37,238 nt of DNA from an uncultured bacterium (GTDB taxonomy: Bacteria; Ratteibacteria; UBA8468; B48-G9; JAFGKM01). The notes beneath the pieces were generated by a model. The model had not been told where the DNA came from. It searched no databases and saw nothing but the letters and a program-made list of their open reading frames with translations. Of the stretch, positions 30,173 to 37,238 are shown piece after piece (the first letter of the stretch is position 1; the number at the start of each line of letters is the position of its first letter). The DNA is taken from assembly GCA_964400565.1 (NCBI GenBank), contig CAYNUP010000045.1, positions 1 through 37,238 on the forward strand, given 5' to 3'. The position numbers and the translations under genes are program-made.

Positions 30173-31243
30173 CTAAATTTCTTTAACAAATTTTGCTATT
30201 AAATCTCCAACCTCACTTGTTGTCATCCCCATTTTTCCCGCTTCAAGCGATTTTATATGACCTTCTGATAACGCCTTAACAATTGATTTTTCTATTAACT
30301 CTGCTGCTTTTTTCTCTCCAAGAATTTCAAACATCATGCCACCTGCTGAAATTGTTGCAAGAGGACATGCTATATTTTTTCCAGCATACTTTGGTGCAGA
30401 ACCATGAATTGGCTCAAACATACTTACTCCTTCAGGATTTATATTTCCTCCCGCTGCTATCCCAAGACCTCCTTGAGTTATTGCTCCAAGGTCAGTAATT
30501 ATATCTCCAAACATATTATTTGTTACAATTACATCAAACCATTCCGGATTTTTAACCATCCACATACATGTAGCATCAACAAAAGCAAAATCAAGTTTTA
30601 TATCAGGGAATTCTTTCCAAACTTCATTAGCAGTTCTTCTCCATAAATCACCTTCATATATTAAAACATTTGCTTTATCAACGACTGTTAAAGATTTCTT
30701 TTTGTTTCTTTCCCTTGCAAGTTTAAATGCATATCTTATACATCTTTCAACTCCTTTTCTTGTATTTATTGATAATTGAGTTGCCACTTCATCTGATGTT
30801 CCTTTTTTAAAATTCCCTCCAATTCCACAATAAAGTCCTTCTGTATTTTCCCTCACGACTACATAATCAATCTCTTCCGGACCCTTATTTTTCAACGGAC
30901 AATCCACCCCTGGATACAATTTTACAGGTCTTAAATTTATATACTGGTCAAGTTCAAATCTAATTTTAAGTAAAATACCTTTTTCAAGAATACCTGGTGG
31001 AACATCAGGATGGCCAACTGCTCCAAGATAAATTGCATCAAGTTTTTTAAATTCCTCAATTGCACTGTCAGGTAATGTTTCTCCTGTTTTTAAATATCTT
31101 TCACCCCCAAAATCATATTCAATAAATTCAATTTTAAAATCAAATCTTTCACTTACTGCTTTTAAAACTTTAATCCCTTCCCTTATAATTTCAGGCCCTA
31201 TTCCATCTCCACCAATTACACCAATTTTATATAATCTTCCCAT
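30173..31243 (-). CDS. 3-isopropylmalate / tartrate (D-malate) dehydrogenase-family enzyme
   Basis: 356 aa. Motifs GGDGIGPE, FELDQYINLRPVKLYPGV.CPL, VVRENTEGLY, NMFGDIITD and HGSAPKYAGKNIA. From memory, the block pattern looks close to E. coli DmlA/TtuC-type enzymes. Confidence 0.85.
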   Translation of the reverse strand: MGRLYKIGVIGGDGIGPEIIREGIKVLKAVSERFDFKIEFIEYDFGGERYLKTGETLPDSAIEEFKKLDAIYLGAVGHPDVPPGILEKGILLKIRFELDQYINLRPVKLYPGVDCPLKNKGPEEIDYVVVRENTEGLYCGIGGNFKKGTSDEVATQLSINTRKGVERCIRYAFKLARERNKKKSLTVVDKANVLIYEGDLWRRTANEVWKEFPDIKLDFAFVDATCMWMVKNPEWFDVIVTNNMFGDIITDLGAITQGGLGIAAGGNINPEGVSMFEPIHGSAPKYAGKNIACPLATISAGGMMFEILGEKKAAELIEKSIVKALSEGHIKSLEAGKMGMTTSEVGDLIAKFVKEI

Positions 31244-31258
31244 ACTCCTCTCCTTTCT

Positions 31259-32542
31259 TTAAGATATAAGATCTTTATAATGCTCTGAAATTTCAAATAT
31301 TCCACCACTTAATTTATAAAATTCTTCATCAAGATTAAAAATACCTTTTTCCGGAGAAATCCATTTTTTCCCATAATAGGGATGATACTTTAAAAGATTT
31401 TCCCAGTTTTTATAATATTGGAACCCATTTGATTCAACTATTGGAATCTTCAATTCTGGAAATGTTTTTATACCCGATGAGAAAATTTTATTCCACTCAA
31501 CAAGTATAGGTATTACTGTCAAATCAGCACAAAAATAATCCATATTTCTTTTTTCTGCTTCATTTAATATTTTTAAAGTCATACTTAATGTTTTTGCAAT
31601 TGGTTTTAATGCAACTCCTTTATATCCCATCTGACTTCTTTCAATAACATTTTTATCTGTATGAGCACTTTCATCTGCAACAATTCTTACAGGTAAATCG
31701 CTCACATCCACCTCAAGTTCCTCAGGAAATGGCTCTTCTATTATAATCACATGCTCCAAAGCACCGATTTTATCAATAAAATCAATAAGTCTTTCTAATC
31801 TATCCTTTGAATCATATCTTCCATTTGCATCAAAATAATATGGTAATTTCCCATTTTTTGTATAAGGTGTATGATAATCCTTAAATTTTTCATGTATGCT
31901 TTTAATTCTTTCCATATCCCACTTAAGCATTTTTTCTCTATCTCCATCGTTGTCAGGGTCAGAACCAATTTTAATCTTTAAAACAAAAAAACCATCTTTT
32001 ACCATTTTTTCTATTTCATCTATTGAAACAGCGTAAGAAATTAAAGGAATACAGGCAATTTTGTTGTGTCTATATTTAAACATCTCTTTATATTGTTCAG
32101 GAATCATTTCAAAAAAGTTCAATTTATTATTTTCTTTTGCATATAAAACCCATAGAGCATTATCAATTGAAACAAGCGAATTTAATGTAAATGTCTCTCT
32201 TAAATCATCTCTTCCTGTTATTTTTTTTGCATAATTATGAACATCATGAAAAATTTCTTCAAGTATTTCTATTGGATTTTTTATTTCCATTCTTTTAAGT
32301 AATTTTAAAGTATGTTGAGTAACTGCAAACATTAGGCAATTTCCACCCACTTCACTATTTTCAGCAAAAACATTGCTGTCAGACCACAAAACACTTTGAG
32401 TCCCAAGACCTATTGAAAAATTATTTTCACTTTTTAGATATGTTATTATCTGCCATGCACCAGTTAAAAATTTCCCTTTAAATCCTAAGGGTTTTTTAAA
32501 ACTTTCAATTTCAAAATTTAAATTTGTATCAATTATTTTCAT
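31259..32542 (-). CDS. Divergent enolase-superfamily (mandelate racemase/muconate lactonising-like) enzyme
   Basis: 427 aa. Barrel-like pattern LKIKIG (KxK), YFDANG (D), IIEEPF (E) and IVADES (D). ATGA overlap with the upstream leuD-like gene. Confidence 0.6.
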   Translation of the reverse strand: MKIIDTNLNFEIESFKKPLGFKGKFLTGAWQIITYLKSENNFSIGLGTQSVLWSDSNVFAENSEVGGNCLMFAVTQHTLKLLKRMEIKNPIEILEEIFHDVHNYAKKITGRDDLRETFTLNSLVSIDNALWVLYAKENNKLNFFEMIPEQYKEMFKYRHNKIACIPLISYAVSIDEIEKMVKDGFFVLKIKIGSDPDNDGDREKMLKWDMERIKSIHEKFKDYHTPYTKNGKLPYYFDANGRYDSKDRLERLIDFIDKIGALEHVIIIEEPFPEELEVDVSDLPVRIVADESAHTDKNVIERSQMGYKGVALKPIAKTLSMTLKILNEAEKRNMDYFCADLTVIPILVEWNKIFSSGIKTFPELKIPIVESNGFQYYKNWENLLKYHPYYGKKWISPEKGIFNLDEEFYKLSGGIFEISEHYKDLIS

Positions 32543-33036
32543 TCATTCTCCTTTATATATTTTTTAGCAAGAGCCATAAGACCCCCTGCATTTATTATGT
32601 TTTGCAAAAAATCAGGATATTTTTGAAATTTATATTTTTTACCCGTTGCTAAATTTACAATTTCCCCTTTTTCAAAATCAACTTCAAGCACATCTTTCTC
32701 ATTTATTTCATCTGTTTCTTTAAGTTCAATTAAAGGAAGCCCTATATTTATTGAATTTCTGAAAAATATTCTCGCAAAACTTTTAGCAATAACAACAGAA
32801 ACACTGCAACTTTTAATTGACATAGGTGCATGTTCTCTACTACTTCCACATCCAAAATTTTCACCCGCAACAATTATATCTCCTTTTTTAACATTTTTTG
32901 AAAATTCTGGTCTTATAGTTTCAAAACAGTGAGATGCAAGTTCTCTTTCATCAGTTGTATTTAAATATCTTGCTGCAATTATATCATCTGTATTTATATT
33001 GTCTTTAAATTTCCAGACCTTTCCTTTTATTTTCAT
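32539..33036 (-). CDS. Aconitase-family small subunit (LeuD/HacB-like), copy 2
   Basis: 165 aa. Motifs [31 protein letters not shown] and [23 protein letters not shown]. Confidence 0.85.
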   Translation of the reverse strand: MKIKGKVWKFKDNINTDDIIAARYLNTTDERELASHCFETIRPEFSKNVKKGDIIVAGENFGCGSSREHAPMSIKSCSVSVVIAKSFARIFFRNSINIGLPLIELKETDEINEKDVLEVDFEKGEIVNLATGKKYKFQKYPDFLQNIINAGGLMALAKKYIKENE

Positions 33037-33045
33037 TTTATTCTC

Positions 33046-34062
33046 CTATTTACACCATAATTTACAATATTTTTCCATTGACTTTATTACCTGTCCTATA
33101 TTTTCTACTGGTGTTCCAGGATATGCACCATATATAAGTAAAAGCCCTCCTTTTTCTAAACCAAGTTTTTCAATACATTTTTTTATATGTTCGTCTATGT
33201 CTTCAGGTTTGCCAAAAACTGTTATTTTCTGTCTGTCAATATCAAGGTCTATCGTTATTTTCCCTTTTGCCAATCTTTCAATATTATCTAACCCATTTAC
33301 AAGGTCCTGAGGATTTAAAATTGTAACACCTGTCTCAATAAGGTCTGGAATAATATCAACAATATATCCATCTGTATGTAAAAAAACTTCAATATTCTTT
33401 TTTCTACATACAGAAAATATTTCTTTATAGGATGGTTTTATTAATTCTCTCCATGCTTCTGGTCTTATTGGAAGTGAGTTTTGATGTCCAAGGTCATCTC
33501 CAAAATAAATAACATCTGGTTCAAATTCAACAAGTTTTTTTATAACAATCTTCCAGTATTCAGTTAAAATCTCTATAAGTTTTTTCAGTCTTGGTTCTCT
33601 CAATCCAACATCAATCATAAAATTTTCAAAACCCCTTAAATATGTAAGTCGTAAATAAAAAAATCCATGTTCAACACCCGCACCTGAAAATAAACCATCT
33701 TTTTTTTCTTTTTCTATCCTATTTTTTTCTTCTTCCCAGTTTCTGTTTTTTAATGGGTCTGGTGGAATATATGAATCAAAAAAATCCCATGATGAAAGAG
33801 GATGTTTTACTACCTGACCGCTAAGATAATTACCAGGATAATGCCATAAACAACCCCACTCATCTTCTTTAAAATTTTCTTTTTCTCTTTCAGGATTTCT
33901 ACTCACACCAACTTCTACATTTTTACATTCTTTTTTTATATTTTCAAAATATTCAACATTTTCATCCCATATTTTCCCATTAATTGATACTCTACATGGT
34001 ACAAATCCGCAACCTTCTCTTCTTATTATTTTTAAAAAATTTTCTCTCTTTTTCCAATTCAT
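33046..34062 (-). CDS. Uroporphyrinogen decarboxylase (URO-D)/MtaA-CmuA-like family protein
   Basis: URO-D-like blocks FGDDLGHQNSLPIRPEAWRE, LHTDGYIVDIIPDLIETGVTILNPQD. I start it at ATG 34062 (MNWKK...), which has an AGGAGG SD 6 nt upstream and an ATGA overlap with the preceding ORF. The track start at 34086 adds 8 aa. Confidence 0.7.
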   Translation of the reverse strand: MNWKKRENFLKIIRREGCGFVPCRVSINGKIWDENVEYFENIKKECKNVEVGVSRNPEREKENFKEDEWGCLWHYPGNYLSGQVVKHPLSSWDFFDSYIPPDPLKNRNWEEEKNRIEKEKKDGLFSGAGVEHGFFYLRLTYLRGFENFMIDVGLREPRLKKLIEILTEYWKIVIKKLVEFEPDVIYFGDDLGHQNSLPIRPEAWRELIKPSYKEIFSVCRKKNIEVFLHTDGYIVDIIPDLIETGVTILNPQDLVNGLDNIERLAKGKITIDLDIDRQKITVFGKPEDIDEHIKKCIEKLGLEKGGLLLIYGAYPGTPVENIGQVIKSMEKYCKLWCK

Positions 34063-34640
34063 TTTACACCTCCTATATTTCTCCATGTTGCTTTTTGAAT
34101 AACAGAAAATCTATCTTTTACTCCAAAATCTTTAAAAAGTTGTTCTGTATATGTTCCTTCTGGATAATTTGTTTTTTCCTGAAGGTAAATTAATTCAGTC
34201 ACAACCATTAAAAATTCTACTGAAAATTCTCCTACATTATCCAATTCTTTAAATTCTTCTACATATTTAGGTTCAAAATATTGTAATTTGGGAGGAAATT
34301 CTTTTACCGGTGTAATAGATTTAAACATTTTCAAAAAGTATTCTTTTAATTTTAAAGTAAGTTGAGGGGAATATGCATACTTTACATACATCTCTATAAT
34401 TATATGAATATGCTTTGGAGTTCTTTCTCTTCTCCCGGGTTCTTTATACCTTACAATAAAATCATAGGGAGATTGTGATTTTTTACCAGGATAAACTAAA
34501 ATTTGAATATTATTTTTTGTTGTATAAATCAAGTCATCAGCAACTAATTTTCTAACTTGCTTCACTCTTTTTGTACAAATTATGTAATAAAAAACACTTA
34601 CAAAAAAATTAATTATTCTCAGCATTTTTTTCAAAAACAA
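34059..34640 (-). CDS. Orphan protein (about 190 aa) coupled to the methyltransferase; function unknown, candidate nuclease/effector
   Basis: Open frame overlapping the MTase stop, with an ATGA overlap onto the UroD-like start. The track start at 34640 is a TTG; alternative starts are ATG 34625 or a later GTG. I recognise no catalytic motif. Confidence 0.5.
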   Translation of the reverse strand: MFLKKMLRIINFFVSVFYYIICTKRVKQVRKLVADDLIYTTKNNIQILVYPGKKSQSPYDFIVRYKEPGRRERTPKHIHIIIEMYVKYAYSPQLTLKLKEYFLKMFKSITPVKEFPPKLQYFEPKYVEEFKELDNVGEFSVEFLMVVTELIYLQEKTNYPEGTYTEQLFKDFGVKDRFSVIQKATWRNIGGVK

Positions 34641-36102
34641 GTATGTATGAATGAACTATCTTAAAATTTTTTAGAATATTTGTAAACTCTTCATTTCCAT
34701 AGAAAGAAGCAATGATAATTTCCTTCAATTTTAAAAATGGAAATTCTTTTTCAAAGTTAATCACAATTTCTTTACCAGTAGGGAAAATACCAGTTGTTGT
34801 TCTAATATCTTTGGTATGCACTACAACATATCCTTTCTCTTTCAAATTAGTACTTTCTTGAGAAATTTTTTGAAGTAAAAAATTAAAAAAATCTTGCTCC
34901 TTTATTTCTTCTGAAAGAATTTTAATATAAAGAAGAGATATTTTCCCATTTTTAAGTTTTTTAGAGATATTAAGAATTACCTGATTATTGGGGAAAAGAC
35001 AAAAAATGGAATAAAGTTTATCAGGTGCATATCTTTCAATTATGTTTTTATTCAAATTTTCTTCAAATTTCTCTTTTGGGAAAATCCATAAAGTAGTAGT
35101 TTCTAATGATGACAATTTCTTTTTGACTTTTAATTTAAAGTTTGTTAAATAACTTTCAGAAGTTTCCATTATTATTTCTTTTTCTATTAAACACTTTGAA
35201 AATGGTTTTTCAAAAATTGGCAAATATTCATGTGCAAGAAGTAAAAAGTTATATTTAAGACTTTTTTCATACCAGAAACCTGTTGTTTTACAATTATGTT
35301 GTCTTTTAATAATCAAATCTTTCAATAAAAATCCTTCTTTCTGAAAAATATCTATTACTTTAAATCCTAAAGGAATTATATATTTTTTCTTTCTCAAATC
35401 ACCAATTAAAAAAACACACTTTTTCCCTGGTTTTAAAACTCTAAAAAATTCTTTCGCAACTTTTTTTATTTCTAAAAGAAATTCCTCTATATTTAACCAT
35501 GACAAATCGCCTTCTTTTTTATTAGTATAGTGGATGGCATTGGCATATGGGGGATGAGTACAAATTAGGTCTATTGAATTATCCTCTATAAACCAAAGAT
35601 TTCTTGTATCTCCAACTTTTATTTCAGGTTCATATATAGGAAAAAGTCCATCTATTTCAAATTCTAAATTTCTTTTTGTAAGTTCAACTGCTTTTTCATT
35701 TATATCAATTCCTATGCATTTTCTCCCAAGTAATTTTGCTTCAATACAAGTAGTCCCTCCTCCACAGAAAGGATCTAAAATGGTATCACCAGGAAAAGAA
35801 TATCTCAAAATTATATTACGGGGAATATAAGGAGACCAATTCCCTCTATATTCTCCTGAATGTGTAGCCCAATTGCCCCTATTTTTGAAACTCCAAACAG
35901 TTGTATTTTCTATTTTAAACTTATTAGGATAGATTTTTTTAATTTTCTTCTTCTTCAGATTACTTAAAGCAATTCCATAAAATTTTCTGAGAACTCCCTC
36001 AATAAACCTATAACTCACTTTATATTTCTCTCCTATTTCAAAATCTGAAACTCCTTTCAGTTTCTCTTCAATTATTTTTTCTTCAATACCTTCTTTATTC
36101 AT
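34609..36102 (-). CDS. HTH-fused amino-methyltransferase (N6A/N4C DNA MTase-like) with a C-terminal degenerate duplicate of the MTase fold
   Basis: Motif [12 protein letters not shown] (35749-35775) is preceded by TVWSF...[18 protein letters not shown]. Motif IV reads THPPY (35545-35559), followed by [12 protein letters not shown]. The N-terminus has an HTH-like [25 protein letters not shown] start it at ATG 36102, which has a GGAGG SD and an ATGA overlap with the leuC-like stop, rather than at track ATG 36123. Confidence 0.8.
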   Translation of the reverse strand: MNKEGIEEKIIEEKLKGVSDFEIGEKYKVSYRFIEGVLRKFYGIALSNLKKKKIKKIYPNKFKIENTTVWSFKNRGNWATHSGEYRGNWSPYIPRNIILRYSFPGDTILDPFCGGGTTCIEAKLLGRKCIGIDINEKAVELTKRNLEFEIDGLFPIYEPEIKVGDTRNLWFIEDNSIDLICTHPPYANAIHYTNKKEGDLSWLNIEEFLLEIKKVAKEFFRVLKPGKKCVFLIGDLRKKKYIIPLGFKVIDIFQKEGFLLKDLIIKRQHNCKTTGFWYEKSLKYNFLLLAHEYLPIFEKPFSKCLIEKEIIMETSESYLTNFKLKVKKKLSSLETTTLWIFPKEKFEENLNKNIIERYAPDKLYSIFCLFPNNQVILNISKKLKNGKISLLYIKILSEEIKEQDFFNFLLQKISQESTNLKEKGYVVVHTKDIRTTTGIFPTGKEIVINFEKEFPFLKLKEIIIASFYGNEEFTNILKNFKIVHSYILVFEKNAENN

Positions 36103-37238
36103 ACAACCTCCTCTGGATGACATATTTTACCTTTTATACTGCTTGCTGCTGCTACTTCTGGATTGGACAGATATACATAACTTTCTGGATGTCCCATTCT
36201 TCCTATAAAATTTCTGTTTGTTGTTGCTATTGCTACTTCTCCTTTTGCTAATACTCCCATGTGCCCCCCAAGACAGGGACCACATGTTGGAGGAGAAATT
36301 ACACATCCTGCTTCAATAAATATATCAATCAAACCTTCCTTCAATGCCATTTTATAAACTTTTTGTGTTGCTGGAATTATTATACATCTAACCTCTGGAT
36401 AAACCTTTTTACCCTTTAATATTTTCGCTGCCTTCCTTAAATCACTTATTCTACCATTTGTGCATGAACCAATAACAACCTGATCAATTTTAACATTTTC
36501 ATATTCCCTTACACTTTTTGAATTACTTGGAAGATGAGGAGCAGCAATTTGTGGTTCAATTTTACTTACATCTATCTCAATTATTTTTTCATAGTCATTT
36601 TCACTATCTGTTTTTAAATTTTTATCAATTTTGATATCCTTACCCATTTCCTTAAAATATTCTTCAGTAATTCTATCTGGTTTTATTATTCCATTTTTTG
36701 CTCCTGCTTCAATTGCCATATTACAGATTGTAAATCTATCATCAATTGTTAAATTTTCAATAACAGGTCCTGTAAATTCCATACTTTTATAATTTGCTCC
36801 ATCAACTCCAATTTTTCCAATAGTATATAAAATCAAATCCTTCCCGCTTACATATTCATTTAATTTCCCATAATAATAAAATTTAATTGTTGAAGGTACT
36901 TTAAACCATAATTTACCTGTAATCATTGCATAAGCAGTATCTGTGCTTCCAACTCCTGTTGAAAAACAACCAACTGCTCCATAAGTACATGTATGACTAT
37001 CTGCTCCTATTATTAGTTGACCCGGCAAAGTTAATCCTTCTTCTGGCAAAAGAGCATGTTCAATTCCAACTTTACCTATTTCATAAAATTTAACTCCATA
37101 TTTTTTTGAAAACTCCCTTAATTTTTTTACAAGTTCAGCACTTTTTATATCCTTGCATGGAGTAAAATGGTCTGGAACAAGAACAATTTTTTCAGGATTA
37201 AAAACTTTTTTAGCACCAACTTTTTCAAATTCTTCAAT
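36099..37238 (-). CDS. Aconitase-family large subunit (LeuC/HacA-like); N-terminus beyond the window end
   Basis: The frame stays open to the window edge: own translation of 37238->37050 gives [30 protein letters not shown]...[11 protein letters not shown]. Motifs GADSHT, GSCTNGR and [10 protein letters not shown] (Fe-S ligands). Confidence 0.9.
   Translation of the reverse strand: MEEFEKVGAKKVFNPEKIVLVPDHFTPCKDIKSAELVKKLREFSKKYGVKFYEIGKVGIEHALLPEEGLTLPGQLIIGADSHTCTYGAVGCFSTGVGSTDTAYAMITGKLWFKVPSTIKFYYYGKLNEYVSGKDLILYTIGKIGVDGANYKSMEFTGPVIENLTIDDRFTICNMAIEAGAKNGIIKPDRITEEYFKEMGKDIKIDKNLKTDSENDYEKIIEIDVSKIEPQIAAPHLPSNSKSVREYENVKIDQVVIGSCTNGRISDLRKAAKILKGKKVYPEVRCIIIPATQKVYKMALKEGLIDIFIEAGCVISPPTCGPCLGGHMGVLAKGEVAIATTNRNFIGRMGHPESYVYLSNPEVAAASSIKGKICHPEEVV

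Noticed and set aside
34485-34532. LIY-x10-YPG in the 193-aa orphan protein, reminiscent of a GIY-YIG nuclease motif.
   Set aside because: Only a loose spacing match. The conserved Arg/His/Glu/Asn positions downstream cannot be aligned convincingly by eye. It needs a profile or structure search before any claim.
36103-36123. Upstream ATG (36123) as the methyltransferase start, as given in the ORF track.
   Set aside because: It has no SD and would overlap the leuC-like gene by 25 nt. The ATG at 36102 has a GGAGG SD and forms an ATGA overlap with the leuC-like stop, matching the coupling style used elsewhere in the window.

Overview
Very AT-rich (about 30% GC by eye) and extremely gene-dense chromosomal segment. 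Coding exceeds 95%, with many ATGA or longer start/stop overlaps. The proteins are K/I/E/N-rich, and the source looks like an uncultured diderm bacterium. I support about 40 CDS and see no rRNA, tRNA, CRISPR array, transposase or integrase. Most genes are housekeeping: aroE, parA plus a small RHH-like partner, apbE, lysA, argH, topA, a lone hisA-like gene, a secreted single-HKD PLD/Nuc nuclease, purA, and an icd-like gene next to a leuD-like small subunit. A 12.5 kb gapless plus-strand array follows: nusA-infB-hit-lipoprotein-spoIID-hpf-ptsN-EI-pgi/pmi-metK-ahcY-coaE-rho. After it come an Fe-S aldo/keto reductase, a macro domain gene, and an M24-like/NfeD/LOG operon. The most unusual region is 30.1-37.2 kb on the minus strand, an operon reading leuC-like / [HTH-methyltransferase fused to a degenerate copy of itself + 193-aa orphan] / UroD-like / leuD-like / enolase-superfamily / leuB(TtuC)-like. 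The two-gene methyltransferase cassette looks more AT-rich than its neighbours. It sits exactly between translationally coupled metabolic genes, with ATGA overlaps and an imperfect direct repeat at both borders. That cassette is my best candidate for an undescribed system, either a restriction-modification-like defence module or an epigenetic module. All functional calls rest on motifs read by eye from the translations; no database search was run.
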